Positions 26,637 through 37,208 of a stretch of DNA of 64,000 nt are shown here, piece by piece. This DNA is from Candidatus Limnocylindria bacterium. Lineage in GTDB: Bacteria > Chloroflexota > Limnocylindria > P2-11E. Position numbers and translations under genes: made by a program. Where the stretch lies: NCBI GenBank assembly GCA_035708565.1, contig DASSSF010000031.1, forward strand, positions 10,277 to 74,276. Reading direction: 5' to 3'. A model generated the notes under the pieces. The model made no database searches and was not told where the DNA came from. It saw only the letters and a program-made list of their open reading frames with translations. Each line of letters opens with the position of its first letter. Positions within the stretch are counted from its first letter, which is position 1.

Positions 26637-27356
26637 ATGGGCGCCGCCAGGTACGACCGCGTCCTCCTCAAGCTGAGCGGCGAGGCGCTGCTCGGCGAGC
26701 GGACCTTCGGCATCTCGCCGGAGTACGTGCGGTACCTGTCGGGCGAGATCAAGTCGGTGCACGACCTCGGCGCGCAGGTGGCCATCGTCATCGGCGGCGG
26801 CAACTGGCTGCGCGGCGCGGCCGTCGCCGAGCAGGGGATCGAGGAGGCGACGGCCCACTACATGGGGATGCTCGCCATGGTGATCAACGCCCTCGCGCTC
26901 CAGTCGCAGCTCGAGTCGATCGGCGTGCCGACGCGCGTGCAGTCGGCGCTCCGCATCGAGGAGGTCGCGGAGCCCTACATCCGGCGCCGGGCGATCCACC
27001 ACCTCGAGAAGGGGCTCGTCGTCATCTTCGCTGCGGGCACCGGCAACCCCTTCTTCACGAGCGACACGGCGGCCGCGCTCCGCGCCGCCGAGATCGACGC
27101 GAACGTCATCCTCATGGGCAAGAACAACGTGGACGGCGTGTACGACGCGGACCCGCGCCGCACGAAGGGCGCGCGAAAGTTCGACGAGCTGACGCACCGC
27201 GATCTGCTCGAGAAGGACCTGAAGGTGATGGACGCCACGGCCGCCGCCCTCGCGGGCGAGCGCGACATCCCGATCATCGTGTTCGATCTCTCCGCGGCTG
27301 GATCGATGCTGCGCGCGGTGCGCGGCGAGCAGATCGGCACGCTGGTGCGCTCCTGA
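26637..27356 (+). CDS. pyrH: UMP kinase
   Basis: [11 protein letters not shown]...VIGGGN...; 239 aa. Confidence 0.9.
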   Translation: MGAARYDRVLLKLSGEALLGERTFGISPEYVRYLSGEIKSVHDLGAQVAIVIGGGNWLRGAAVAEQGIEEATAHYMGMLAMVINALALQSQLESIGVPTRVQSALRIEEVAEPYIRRRAIHHLEKGLVVIFAAGTGNPFFTSDTAAALRAAEIDANVILMGKNNVDGVYDADPRRTKGARKFDELTHRDLLEKDLKVMDATAAALAGERDIPIIVFDLSAAGSMLRAVRGEQIGTLVRS

Positions 27357-27913
27357 TGCTCGAAGAGATCCTCGCCCAGGCCGAGGCCCGCATGAAGAAG
27401 GCGATCGATGCGCTCAAGCGCGAGGTCGCGAGCGTGCGCACGGGCCGGGCGTCGCCGGCGCTCGTCGAGTCGCTCGAGGCGGAGGCGTACGGCACGCCCA
27501 CGCCGCTCATCCAGCTCGCGGCGATCAGCGCGCCCGAGCCGCGCCTCATCGTCATCCAGCCGTGGGACAAGAGCCTCATCAAGGCGATCGAGAAGGCGAT
27601 CATGGCGAGCGACCTCGGGCTCACCCCGCAGAACGACGGCGTCCACATCCGCCTCCAGATCCCGACGCTCACCGAGGAGCGGCGCAAGGACCTCGTGAAG
27701 CAGCTCCACAGGAAGGTGGAGGAAGGGCGCGTCGAGGTCCGCACGCTCCGGCGGACGGCGCATGACGAGATGCGGAAGAAGGAGAAGGAGACCGGCGTCC
27801 CGGCCGACGAGTTCAAGCGGCTCGAGACGCAGCTCCAGAAGCTGACCGACCGCTACATCCTCATGTGCGACGAGATCGGCCACGCGAAGGAGAAAGAGAT
27901 CCTCTCGGTCTGA
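27356..27913 (+). CDS. frr: Ribosome recycling factor
   Basis: 185 aa; RRF family; ATGA overlap with pyrH. Confidence 0.9.
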   Translation: MLEEILAQAEARMKKAIDALKREVASVRTGRASPALVESLEAEAYGTPTPLIQLAAISAPEPRLIVIQPWDKSLIKAIEKAIMASDLGLTPQNDGVHIRLQIPTLTEERRKDLVKQLHRKVEEGRVEVRTLRRTAHDEMRKKEKETGVPADEFKRLETQLQKLTDRYILMCDEIGHAKEKEILSV

Positions 27914-28605
27914 TGGAGGGGAGCGCCGTCCCCCGCCACATCGCCTTCGTGATGGACGGCAACCGGCGCTGGGCGAAGCGGCGCCACCTCCCCGCGATCG
28001 CCGGCCACCGCGCGGGCGTCGAGACCATCAGGCGGACCCTGCGCGCCGCGCGCGACCGCGGCGTCGAGCACCTCACCCTCTACTCGTTCTCGACCGAGAA
28101 TTGGAAGCGCGACCGTGAAGAGGTGAGCGGGCTCCTCGACCTCCTCCACGAGACCATCCTCCGCGAGACGCGGACGCTCGTCGAGGACGGCGTCCGGCTC
28201 GTCGTGATCGGCAGGCTCGCCGAGCTGTCGGAGCGCACGCGGCGCGCGATCGAGAGCGCGACGGCGGCGACGGCGGGCGGGACGAACGGCACGATGACGA
28301 TCGCGTTCAACTACGGCGGCCGCGCCGAGATCGTCGACGCGGTGCGGCGGATCGTCCACGAAGGGCTGCCGGCCGACGGGGTCGACGAGCGGGCCATCGC
28401 CGACCGCCTCTACGCGCCGACCCACCCGGACCCGGACCTCCTCATCCGGACCGGCGGCGAGCTGCGCGTGTCGAACTTCCTCCTGTGGCAGGTCGCGTAC
28501 GCGGAGATGTGGGCGACGGACGTGCTGTGGCCCGACTTCAGCGTCGCCGACCTCGACCGGGCACTCGCGTCGTACGCGGCGCGCGAGCGGCGTTTCGGCC
28601 GATGA
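27913..28605 (+). CDS. uppS: Undecaprenyl-diphosphate synthase (cis-isoprenyl transferase)
   Basis: [13 protein letters not shown]...[13 protein letters not shown]...; TGATG overlap with frr. Confidence 0.9.
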   Translation: MEGSAVPRHIAFVMDGNRRWAKRRHLPAIAGHRAGVETIRRTLRAARDRGVEHLTLYSFSTENWKRDREEVSGLLDLLHETILRETRTLVEDGVRLVVIGRLAELSERTRRAIESATAATAGGTNGTMTIAFNYGGRAEIVDAVRRIVHEGLPADGVDERAIADRLYAPTHPDPDLLIRTGGELRVSNFLLWQVAYAEMWATDVLWPDFSVADLDRALASYAARERRFGR

Positions 28606-29219
28606 GCGACCTCGGGCGGCGCACTCGCACGGCGCTCGTCTACGGCGGGGTCGTCCTCGTCGCGCTCGTGCTGCCGCCGCTCTTCTTCTTCGCCCTGCTC
28701 GCCGCGCTCGGCGCGCTCGCGCTCCGCGAGGTCCGCGATCTCGTCGGCGCCCGGGCGCCCGAGCTCGCCATCGGCGCCGCGTACCTCGTCCTCGGGCTGG
28801 GCGCGCTCGGCTACCTCCGGACGCTCGGGCCAGAGTGGGTGCTCGTCGCGCTCGCGCCGACGTGGGCGATGGACGTGGCCTCGTACCTCGTCGGCTCGCG
28901 GTGGGGCACGCGCAGGATCGCGCCGCGGATCAGCCCGGGGAAGACCGTCGAGGGCACGGTGGGCGGCGTCGTCGCCGCCATGCTCGCCGGCTTCGCGGCC
29001 TGCGTCGCGCTCGGCGTGCGTCCGGCCGCGGCGTTCCTCGTGCCGCTGCTCGCCGGGCCCGCCGCGCTCGCGGGGGACCTCCTCGAGTCCGCGGTGAAGC
29101 GCGCGGCGGGCGTGAAGGACTCCGGAACGCTCTTCCCGGGGCACGGCGGCGTCCTCGACCGGATCGACAGCCTGCTGCTCGTCGCGCCCCTCGTGGCGGC
29201 GGCCTCACGTCTACCCTGA
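28602..29219 (+). CDS. cdsA: Phosphatidate cytidylyltransferase (short form)
   Basis: Multi-TM protein; C-terminal [11 protein letters not shown] signature; ATGA overlap with uppS. Confidence 0.75.
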   Translation: MSDLGRRTRTALVYGGVVLVALVLPPLFFFALLAALGALALREVRDLVGARAPELAIGAAYLVLGLGALGYLRTLGPEWVLVALAPTWAMDVASYLVGSRWGTRRIAPRISPGKTVEGTVGGVVAAMLAGFAACVALGVRPAAAFLVPLLAGPAALAGDLLESAVKRAAGVKDSGTLFPGHGGVLDRIDSLLLVAPLVAAASRLP

Positions 29220-29220
29220 A

Positions 29221-30258
29221 GTGGTGATCAGGGTCGCGATCCTCGGCGCGGGCGGCTCCATCGGCCGGCAGGCGCTCGACGTCGTCGCCGCTCATCCGGA
29301 CCGGCTCGCCGTGACGCGCGAGGCGCGGCGCGGCGACGACCTCGTGGCAGTGGCGACGGCGGCCGACGTCGACGTCGTGCTCGTCGCGACGCCCGGCGTA
29401 GCGGCGCTCCGGGCCACCGTCGCGGCGCTCCGGGCCGGCAAGCGCGTCGCGCTCGCGAACAAGGAGGTCCTCGTCGCCGCCGGTCACCTCATCGCCGAGC
29501 TCGTGCCGGGCGCGGGCGACCGCCTTCGTCCGGTCGACAGCGAGCACAACGGCCTCTGGCAGTGCCTCGCCGGCGAGCGCATGGACCAGGTCGCGCGCGT
29601 CGCGATCACCGCCTCGGGCGGCGCCTTCCGCGGCCGCTCGTACGCGTCGCTCGACGGCGTCACGCCGGACGAGGCGCTCCGCCACCCGACGTGGAAGATG
29701 GGGCCGAAGGTCACCGTGGACTCGGCGACGCTCGTGAACAAGGGCTACGAGGTCGTGGAGACGCACTGGCTCTACGGCATCGCGTACGACCGGATCGACG
29801 TGGTGTTCCATCCGGAGAGCGTCGTCCACGCGCTCGTCGAGTACGTAGATGGGAGCGTGAAGGCGCAGCTCGCCGAGCCCGACATGCGGCTGCCGATCCA
29901 GTTCGCCCTCCTGTGGGACCGCGCTCCGTCACCCGCGCCGCGGCTCGACCTCACGCGCGAGCGCGACCTCCACTTCGGGCCGATCGAGCGTGGCCGGTAC
30001 CCGTGCTTCGACGCCGTCCTCGAGACCGCGCGGTCGGGCGACCTCGGCGCGATGATCGGGCTCTCCGCCGCGGACGAGCTCGGCGTCGACGCGTTCCTCC
30101 GTGGCGAGCTCGGCTTCACCGCGATCGCCGGGCTCCTGCGGCGCGGCGCCGAGCTCGGCGCGCGCGAGGGCGCGGGGGAGCGCCCGGACCTCGAGCGCGT
30201 CATCGAGATCGACCGCGCCGTGCGCGCGGCGCTCGCGCCCGCGGCGGTGGGGGCCTAG
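29221..30258 (+). CDS. dxr: 1-deoxy-D-xylulose 5-phosphate reductoisomerase
   Basis: VAILGAGGSIGRQALDV..., LANKE, DSEHN motifs. Confidence 0.85.
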   Translation: MVIRVAILGAGGSIGRQALDVVAAHPDRLAVTREARRGDDLVAVATAADVDVVLVATPGVAALRATVAALRAGKRVALANKEVLVAAGHLIAELVPGAGDRLRPVDSEHNGLWQCLAGERMDQVARVAITASGGAFRGRSYASLDGVTPDEALRHPTWKMGPKVTVDSATLVNKGYEVVETHWLYGIAYDRIDVVFHPESVVHALVEYVDGSVKAQLAEPDMRLPIQFALLWDRAPSPAPRLDLTRERDLHFGPIERGRYPCFDAVLETARSGDLGAMIGLSAADELGVDAFLRGELGFTAIAGLLRRGAELGAREGAGERPDLERVIEIDRAVRAALAPAAVGA

Positions 30259-31341
30259 GTGGACCTCGGCCAGCTCCTCACCGACGTGCGCACGATCGTG
30301 ATCTTCCTCGTGACGTTCACGCTGATCATCGCGATCCACGAGTTCGGCCACTACGCGAGCGCGCGCCTGCTCGGGATGCGCGTCCTCGAGTTCGCTTTCG
30401 GCTTCCCGCCGCGCGCGGTCGCGATCCGCCACGCCGGCATCGACTACTCGATCAACTGGATCCCGTTCGGCGGCTTCGTGCGCATCCTCGGTCAGGACGA
30501 CTTCTCGATCAGGCAGCAGGGCGAAGGAGAGCCGGGGTCGTTCACGAGCAAGCCCTGGTGGGCGCAGGCCATCGTGCTCGCCGCCGGCGTCGCGATGAAC
30601 TTCGTCCTCGCGCTCGTCGTGCTCACCGCCGCGTTCATGATCGGCACCACCGGCCCGACCGGCGACGTGAAGATCGTCGACGTCGCCGCGGAGTCGCCCG
30701 CGGCGGCGGCGGGCCTCCAGAAGGGCGACGTCATCGTCGCCGTCGACGGCAGGCAGCCCGGATCGACGCGGGAGCTCGTCCGCTACACGCAGCGCAACGC
30801 CGACCGGGAGGTCAGGCTCGACGTCGTCCGGAACGACCGGCCGATCCCGCCGGTGAGCGTGTACGCGCGCCCCGAGCCGCCCGAGGGCCAGGGCCCGCTC
30901 GGCGTGAAGATCGAGGACGTGACCGGGCCGGTCACCGTCGCGCCGGGCGCGGCGGTCGTGATGGCGTGGAAGCTCTCGGGGGAGGTCGTCGAGCAGATCG
31001 TCGCGCTCCCCGGCCAGATGCTCGGCGGACGGAGCGCCGGCCCCGCGCCGGAGGTCACCGGGCCGATCGGGATCATCCAGGTGACGGGGCAGGTCGCCGA
31101 GTTCGGGCTCTCGAGCGTGCTCAAGCTCATCGGCGTCCTCTCGCTCAACCTCGGCGTGCTCAACATCATCCCGTTCCCCGGCCTCGACGGCGGCCGGCTG
31201 TCCTTCGTGCTCGCCCAGGCGGCGATCCGACGGCGCATCTCGCCGCAGCTCGAGGCAGCGATCCACGCGGTCGGCTTCGTCATCCTGCTCGGGCTCCTCG
31301 TGGTCGTGAGCATCGCGGACATCCGGAGGGTGCTCGGCTAG
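30259..31341 (+). CDS. rseP: RIP zinc metalloprotease (site-2 protease, RseP/Rip1 family)
   Basis: HEFGH in TM1, PDZ domain, C-terminal LDGG motif; GTG start immediately after the dxr stop. Confidence 0.8.
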   Translation: MDLGQLLTDVRTIVIFLVTFTLIIAIHEFGHYASARLLGMRVLEFAFGFPPRAVAIRHAGIDYSINWIPFGGFVRILGQDDFSIRQQGEGEPGSFTSKPWWAQAIVLAAGVAMNFVLALVVLTAAFMIGTTGPTGDVKIVDVAAESPAAAAGLQKGDVIVAVDGRQPGSTRELVRYTQRNADREVRLDVVRNDRPIPPVSVYARPEPPEGQGPLGVKIEDVTGPVTVAPGAAVVMAWKLSGEVVEQIVALPGQMLGGRSAGPAPEVTGPIGIIQVTGQVAEFGLSSVLKLIGVLSLNLGVLNIIPFPGLDGGRLSFVLAQAAIRRRISPQLEAAIHAVGFVILLGLLVVVSIADIRRVLG

Positions 31342-31417
31342 CCGGGCTCCCGCGCCGAGGCGAACGTCGCGCAGTTGACGCTCCGCCGGTAGACCGCTCC
31401 GCTACGCTCCGCGTCCC

Positions 31418-32452
31418 GTGAGCGAGGCCGTCGTGGAGGTCCGCGACCTCCGCAAGATCTACAAGGTGCACGAGCGCCAGACCGGCCTCGGCGCCACGGT
31501 CCGCTCGCTCTTCAAGCGGACGTTCAAGGAAGTGCCGGCGGTGAACGGGATCACGTTCGGGATCGAGCCCAGCGAGGTCGTCGGCTTCCTCGGGCCGAAC
31601 GGGGCGGGGAAGACGACGACGCTCAAGATGCTCTCGGGGCTGCTCCACCCGACCTCGGGCGAGGCGCGCGTCCTCGGCTACGTCCCGTGGGAGCGCGACG
31701 ACGCGTACCTCCGCCGCATGACCCTCCTCATGGGGAACCGCACGCAGCTCGTCTGGGACATCCCCGCGGCGGACTCGTTCCTCGTCCTCAAGGAGATCTT
31801 CCGCATCGACGACGCGACCTACCGGCGCCGGCTCGACGAGCTCGTCGAGCTCCTCGAGCTCCAGCCCCTCATCCACAAGCCCGTGCGCCAGCTGTCCCTC
31901 GGGGAGCGCATGAAGGTCGAGTTCGCCGCGGGCCTCCTGCACGGCCCCGAGGTCGTGTTCCTCGACGAGCCGACGCTCGGGCTCGACGTCTCGATGCAGT
32001 CGCGCATACGCGCGTTCGTCCGCGAGCTGAACCGCCGCACGGGCGCGACCGTCCTCCTCACGAGCCATTACATGGACGACATCGTCGCCCTCTGCCGGCG
32101 GGTCGTCGTCATCCACCACGGCCGGCTCCTCTACGACGGCGCCCTCGCCGATCTCGCCGAGCGCATGGCTCCCTACAAGCTCGTCGCGGCAACGCTGCGG
32201 GACGGCGCCACCGGCCGCGACCTCTCCCTCTACGGCGAGGTCGTGTCCCGCGAGAGCGGCCGCGTGCGCCTCCGCGTCCCGCGGGCGGAGGCCGCCGAGC
32301 GCACCGCACGCATCGTCGGCGACCTCGGCGCCGACCTCGCCGACCTCACGCTCGAGGATCCGCCGATCGAGGAGGTCATCGACCGGGTCTTCTCCGGCGA
32401 CCACCCCTTCGGCGAGCCCGCGCGCGAGCGCGAGGCCGCCCTCACGCGATGA
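31418..32452 (+). CDS. ABC transporter ATP-binding protein (ABC-2 type)
   Basis: Walker A GPNGAGKTT, signature LSLGERMK, Walker B FLDEPT; C-terminal extra domain. Confidence 0.85.
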   Translation: MSEAVVEVRDLRKIYKVHERQTGLGATVRSLFKRTFKEVPAVNGITFGIEPSEVVGFLGPNGAGKTTTLKMLSGLLHPTSGEARVLGYVPWERDDAYLRRMTLLMGNRTQLVWDIPAADSFLVLKEIFRIDDATYRRRLDELVELLELQPLIHKPVRQLSLGERMKVEFAAGLLHGPEVVFLDEPTLGLDVSMQSRIRAFVRELNRRTGATVLLTSHYMDDIVALCRRVVVIHHGRLLYDGALADLAERMAPYKLVAATLRDGATGRDLSLYGEVVSRESGRVRLRVPRAEAAERTARIVGDLGADLADLTLEDPPIEEVIDRVFSGDHPFGEPAREREAALTR

Positions 32453-33249
32453 CCCTCGTCCGGACATACCGCGCGCTGCTGCTCGCCGGCTTCCAGCAGG
32501 CGGCGCAGTACCGCGTCCAGTCGCTCCTCTGGATGCTCTTCTCGATCGTCCGGCCCGTGATCTTCCTCGCGGCGTGGGTCGCGGTCGCGGTCGCGCAGGG
32601 GGGCGACATCGGCGGCTACCGCGTCGGCGACTTCGCCGCGTACTACGTCTGCATGACCTTCGTGAGCCAGCTCGTCATGGCGTGGAACTCGCACGAGTTC
32701 GAATGGGAGGTGAACCAGGGTCGCCTCTCGGCGAAGCTGCTACGGCCGCTGCACCCGCTCCACTACAGCGTCGTCGACAACGTCATCTTCAAGCTGAACA
32801 CGCTGCCGGTGCTCGTCATCATCCTCATCGCGATCTCGCTGTCGTTCGGCGCGCGCTACCGCACCGAGCCATGGCACGTGCTCGCGTTCATCCCGAGCGT
32901 CATCCTCGCGGCGGCGCTGCTCTTCATGTTCAACTGGGTCATCGCGTCGCTCGCGTTCTGGGCGACGCGCATGCGCACGGCGAACACGCTGTTCCAGCGC
33001 GCCGCGTTCGTGTTCGCGGGCCAGATCGCGCCGATCGGCCTCATGCCCGGATGGCTCCAGGCGCTCTCGTTCGCGCTGCCGTTCTGGTACATGATGGGCG
33101 CGCCGACCGAGATCCTCCGCGGCGCGGTCACGCCCGAGCAGACCTGGCTCATCCTCGGCGGCCAGGCGGCGTGGCTCGCGGTGACCTACGTGGCGTTCCT
33201 CTCGATCTGGAAGCGCGGCCTCCGCGCGTACCAGGCGGTAGGTGCATAG
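32449..33249 (+). CDS. ABC-2 family transporter permease
   Basis: 266 aa, six predicted TM helices; ATGA overlap with the ATPase. Confidence 0.7.
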   Translation: MTLVRTYRALLLAGFQQAAQYRVQSLLWMLFSIVRPVIFLAAWVAVAVAQGGDIGGYRVGDFAAYYVCMTFVSQLVMAWNSHEFEWEVNQGRLSAKLLRPLHPLHYSVVDNVIFKLNTLPVLVIILIAISLSFGARYRTEPWHVLAFIPSVILAAALLFMFNWVIASLAFWATRMRTANTLFQRAAFVFAGQIAPIGLMPGWLQALSFALPFWYMMGAPTEILRGAVTPEQTWLILGGQAAWLAVTYVAFLSIWKRGLRAYQAVGA

Positions 33250-33308
33250 CGGATGACACATCCGCTATGCGTCCTGCTCCTCACTGCTACGCAGTTCGGA
33301 GTAGGTGC

Positions 33309-34097
33309 TTGATCCGCTACCTCCGCATTGTCCGCACCTTCATGGCGGCCGAGCTCAAGAACGAGATGGCCTACCGCCTCAACCTCGCGCTCGGGATCTT
33401 CGAGATGCTGCTCGTCGTCGGGACGAGCCTCGGCGCGGTCCTCGTCCTCTTCACGCACACGTCGTCCCTCAATGGCTGGACGCTGCCGCAGATGATCGCG
33501 CTCACCGGTGTCTACTACCTCATCCAGGGCGGCGTGAACATCGTGTTCTCGCCCTCCTTCGAGAAGCTCATGGAGCACGTGCGCATGGGCACGCTCGACT
33601 TCACCCTCCTCAAGCCCGCGAACGCGCAGGTGCTCCTCTCGACGCGCCACTTCGCGATGGTGCGGATCGCCGACCTGTTCATCGGCGCCGGCGTCGTCGC
33701 GGCGGGCCTTTACATGCTGAGCGCGAGCGTGACGCCTTGGTCGCTCGTCTCGTTCGCCGTGACGCTCGCGTGCGGCGTCATGCTCGTGTACGCGCTCCTG
33801 CTCACCCTCGTGACGCTCTCGTTCTGGTTCGTGCGGATCGACAACATCATGGCGATCTTCTGGGCGTTCACCGACGCCGGCCGCTTCCCGATCGACCTCT
33901 ATCCGGGCTGGCTCCGTTTCACGCTCGCGACGGTCGTCCCGATCGGCATCGCGGTCACCGTGCCGTCCGAGGCGATCTCGGGCCGGATGGCGCCCGAGAC
34001 GTTCGTCGGGATGCTCGCGGGGACCGCGCTCGCCGTAGGCTTCGCGTCGTGGTTCTGGCGGATCGGGCTCAGGAACTACACCGGGGCGAGTGCGTAG
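33309..34097 (+). CDS. ABC-2 family transporter permease (second subunit); TTG start inferred, alternative ATG at 33342
   Basis: Multi-TM; GGAG lies 8 nt before the TTG; paralogous in organisation to the previous permease. Confidence 0.6.
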   Translation: MIRYLRIVRTFMAAELKNEMAYRLNLALGIFEMLLVVGTSLGAVLVLFTHTSSLNGWTLPQMIALTGVYYLIQGGVNIVFSPSFEKLMEHVRMGTLDFTLLKPANAQVLLSTRHFAMVRIADLFIGAGVVAAGLYMLSASVTPWSLVSFAVTLACGVMLVYALLLTLVTLSFWFVRIDNIMAIFWAFTDAGRFPIDLYPGWLRFTLATVVPIGIAVTVPSEAISGRMAPETFVGMLAGTALAVGFASWFWRIGLRNYTGASA

Positions 34098-34174
34098 CAC
34101 GAGCCACGTTGCACGACGTGCACGGACGTGGCGTCCGAGCACGGATACACCGGGGCGAGCGCGTAGCACGAGCC
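34077..34174 (+). repeat. 29-bp direct repeat (TACACCGGGGCGAG[T/C]GCGTAGCACGAGCC) in two copies 69 bp apart; copy 1 is the last 6 codons plus stop of the permease gene
   Basis: 28/29 identity; the spacer contains the overlapping palindromes GCACGACGTGC and CGTGCACG. Confidence 0.5.
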
Positions 34175-34185
34175 CGCCTGTGACG

Positions 34186-35028
34186 ATGAGCCGTCGCGTC
34201 CTTCTCCTCGCGCTCGCGCTCGCGCTCGTCGCGTCCGTGCCGGCCGCGGCCGCCGGGCTCATCGCGGCCAAGCAGCAGCTCCGCGGTCATCTGCCCGAGC
34301 TCGGCACGAGCGCGTCGATGCGCGTGTTCACGACGGCCGCCGCGTACGACGACTTCCGGCGCACCTCGGGCCTCGGCGACGTGTTCCCGCCCTCGTCGTC
34401 GCTCTTCATGTCCTGGGAGCGGGAGATCCTCGCGCTGTACGCGCGCGGCGCCGACGAGGGCGGCCGCTGCCTTCGCGTCGCCGGCCCCGCGTCGCTCTCC
34501 GGGAGCGAGGTCTCCCTCGACCTCGCGTGGGACGCGGGCACATGCGGGGCGCCGATCACCGCGCGGCACCCGTTCGTGATGGCGTCGCTCGCGCGCACCG
34601 ACGATGCGGGCACGTCCTGGATCGCGCCGGGACGCTCCGTATGCGCGACCGCGCCCGGCACGAACGCGCGCGCGTGCGCGCCCGCGGACGCCGCCGCGTC
34701 GCCGTCGCCAACGCCTGCGCCGGCCCCGGCACCGACCCCAACGCCGACGCCCGCGCCCGCGACCTCGACGCCGTCGCCGTCTCCGAGCCCGCGGCCGTCG
34801 CCGATCGCGTCGCCGACACCCGTCGCGACGACCGCGGCGCCGACCACGCCGGCGCCGCCCGCGACGCTCGTCACGACGCGTCCTGCGACCACCGCGTCGC
34901 CGAGCGCGGCCGCGCTGCCGCCCCTCAACGAGGGACCGGACCTCCTCATCGCCGGCGCGTTCGGCGTGTTCGTGGTGCTGCTCGCGATCGCCGTCATCCT
35001 CGCGTGGGGGCCGCGCCGCCGCGGGTGA
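34186..35028 (+). CDS. Hypothetical secreted protein with Pro/Thr/Ser-rich linker and C-terminal TM anchor
   Basis: Signal peptide MSRRVLLLALALALVASVPAAAAG; PT-rich low-complexity stretch; C-terminal LLIAGAFGVFVVLLAIAVILAW helix. Confidence 0.5.
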   Translation: MSRRVLLLALALALVASVPAAAAGLIAAKQQLRGHLPELGTSASMRVFTTAAAYDDFRRTSGLGDVFPPSSSLFMSWEREILALYARGADEGGRCLRVAGPASLSGSEVSLDLAWDAGTCGAPITARHPFVMASLARTDDAGTSWIAPGRSVCATAPGTNARACAPADAAASPSPTPAPAPAPTPTPTPAPATSTPSPSPSPRPSPIASPTPVATTAAPTTPAPPATLVTTRPATTASPSAAALPPLNEGPDLLIAGAFGVFVVLLAIAVILAWGPRRRG

Positions 35029-35076
35029 CCCGCCTCACACGCCGCGCGCGCACGCGTCTTGCCGCGTTGACGCGGT

Positions 35077-35946
35077 GTGAGGAAGGCAGGCGTCCTCGTC
35101 GCGCTCGTGCTCGCGCTCGCGGCGGCCGCGCTGCCGCAGGGAGGCGCGCGCGCCGCGACCTGCACGAGCTTCACCGGGCCCGGCATCGCGGCGCCCGCGC
35201 GCGTGCCGAGCGGCCTCCCCGGCTTCCACGCGGCGTGGTACGGACAGAGCGGCTACATGTCGCTCTGCCCGGGCGAGCGGGCCACCGCGACGGTCGCGTA
35301 CTACAACAGCGGATCGCGCGGCTGGATCGCGTCGCGGATGGGCGAGGCCGCGTACCTCGGGACGTGGGAGCCCGAGCCCGGGCAGGATCGCGCGAGCGTG
35401 CTCGGCGGCGACGGCACGGGCGGCTCGCCCGCGACCGGATGGCCGCGCGCGAACCGGCTCGCGCAGCAGCCGGCGGCGTACGTCGGACCGAACCAGGTCG
35501 CGTGGTTCCAGTTCACCGTGCAGGCGCCGCTCGTGGCCGGCACCTACCGCATCGCGCTGCGCCCGGTCATCGAGGGCGCACAGTGGATGGAGGACTACGG
35601 CGTGTTCTGGGTCGTCACCGTCCTCAACGCCGACGGGACGCCTCCGCCACAGGCGACGCCCGCGCCCACGCCGACCGTGACGACGGTGCTCGCGTCGTAC
35701 TTCGGCCCCGGCCTCTACGGCAACCGCACGGCCTGCGGGCTCACGCTCACGACGACCCTCGAGGGCGTCGCGCACCGCACGCTCCCGTGCGGCTCCCCGG
35801 TCCGGCTCGCGCACGCGGGCCGCGAGGTCACGGTCCCCGTCGTCGATCGCGGCCCGCAGATCGCGGGACGGGAGTTCGACCTGACCTACGCGACGAAGAA
35901 CGCGCTGGCGTGCCCCGATCTCTGCACGCTCCAGTGGATCCGCTGA
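35077..35946 (+). CDS. Secreted RlpA-like double-psi beta-barrel (DPBB) protein with an N-terminal domain paralogous to that of 11079..12383
   Basis: Signal peptide; N-domain FHAAWYGQSGYMSLCPGERATATVAYYNSGSRGW...VAWFQF...IEGAQWMEDYGVFW; C-terminal ASYFGPGLYGNRTACG...VVDRGP (RlpA/DPBB). Confidence 0.6.
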   Translation: MRKAGVLVALVLALAAAALPQGGARAATCTSFTGPGIAAPARVPSGLPGFHAAWYGQSGYMSLCPGERATATVAYYNSGSRGWIASRMGEAAYLGTWEPEPGQDRASVLGGDGTGGSPATGWPRANRLAQQPAAYVGPNQVAWFQFTVQAPLVAGTYRIALRPVIEGAQWMEDYGVFWVVTVLNADGTPPPQATPAPTPTVTTVLASYFGPGLYGNRTACGLTLTTTLEGVAHRTLPCGSPVRLAHAGREVTVPVVDRGPQIAGREFDLTYATKNALACPDLCTLQWIR

Positions 35947-35999
35947 TCGTTCACGCGTAAGACGCCTGCGCGCGTTGCGCGAGCCATAGACTTGATGGC

Positions 36000-37205
36000 G
36001 TGAGCCTCGCTCCTCTCGACGTCACGCTCGTGCCACCGGGCGACCAGGCGGGCCCCCGGCCGCGCCGCAAGAGCAAGCGGGTCTGGGTCGGCGGTACCGC
36101 GATCGGCGACGGCGCGCCCATCGCGGTGCAGTCGATGTGCACCACGCTGACGCACGACCTCGAAGCGACGATCCGCCAGATCGAGCGCCTCCAGGAGGCG
36201 GGCTGCGAGATCGCGCGGGTCGCGGTCCCGGACAAGCGCGCGGGCGAGGCGCTCAAGGAGCTCGTACGGCGCTCGATCCTGCCGCTCGTTGCCGACATCC
36301 ACTTCGACTGGAAGCTCGCGCTCATGGCGCTCGACGCGCGCGTCCACAAGCTGCGGCTCAACCCCGGCAACATCCACGACAAGGACGGCGTGCGCACCGT
36401 CGTGAAGCGCGCGAAGGAGCAGGGCACGCCGATCCGCATCGGCGTGAACCACGGCTCCATCGGCGACCGCCAGCCGGGCGACACGCGCGACGAGGCGCAG
36501 CGCATGGTCGACCTCGCGATGAGCGAGATCAAGATCCTCGAGGACCTCGACTTCGACGACATCGTCGTGAGCGTGAAGGCCTTCGAGGTCCCGGTCATGG
36601 TCGCGGCGTACCGGAGGCTCGCGAAGCTCGTGCCGTACCCGCTCCACCTCGGCGTGACCGAGGCGGGCACGCTCCTCTCCGGATCGATCCGCTCGACGGC
36701 CGGGATGAGCGTCCTCCTCTACGAGGGCATCGGGGACACGATCCGCGTCTCGCTCTCCGAGGACCCCGTCATGGAGGTGAAGGCCGGGTTCGACATCCTG
36801 AAGTCGCTCGGCCTCCGCGACCAGGGCCTGACGCTCGTCGCGTGCCCGTCGTGCGGCCGCGCGGACATCGACCTCATCCCGCTCGCGAAGGTGGCGGAGG
36901 AGCGCCTGCGCGCGCTGCCGGTCCCGATGAAGGTCGCGGTGATGGGCTGCGAGGTGAACGGGCCCGGCGAGGCGAAGGACGCGGACGTCGGGATCGCGGG
37001 GGGCGTGGGGAAGGGCGCGATCTTCCGCAAGGGCAAGGTCGTGGGCGTGTACCCCGAGGCCGACCTGATGGATGCGCTCCTCATGGAGATCGACAAGATC
37101 CTCGTCGAGAACGGCAAGGAGCCCTACTCGGACAAGGCCCCGAAGCTGAGCCACGAGGGGCAGCTGACACCCGGGAGATCCGTACCGGCGGGACAGCGCA
37201 CCTAG
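36000..37205 (+). CDS. ispG: 4-hydroxy-3-methylbut-2-en-1-yl diphosphate synthase
   Basis: GcpE family; VACPSCGR...MGCEVNGPGE Fe-S Cys motifs. Confidence 0.9.
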   Translation: MSLAPLDVTLVPPGDQAGPRPRRKSKRVWVGGTAIGDGAPIAVQSMCTTLTHDLEATIRQIERLQEAGCEIARVAVPDKRAGEALKELVRRSILPLVADIHFDWKLALMALDARVHKLRLNPGNIHDKDGVRTVVKRAKEQGTPIRIGVNHGSIGDRQPGDTRDEAQRMVDLAMSEIKILEDLDFDDIVVSVKAFEVPVMVAAYRRLAKLVPYPLHLGVTEAGTLLSGSIRSTAGMSVLLYEGIGDTIRVSLSEDPVMEVKAGFDILKSLGLRDQGLTLVACPSCGRADIDLIPLAKVAEERLRALPVPMKVAVMGCEVNGPGEAKDADVGIAGGVGKGAIFRKGKVVGVYPEADLMDALLMEIDKILVENGKEPYSDKAPKLSHEGQLTPGRSVPAGQRT

Positions 37206-37208
37206 CGG

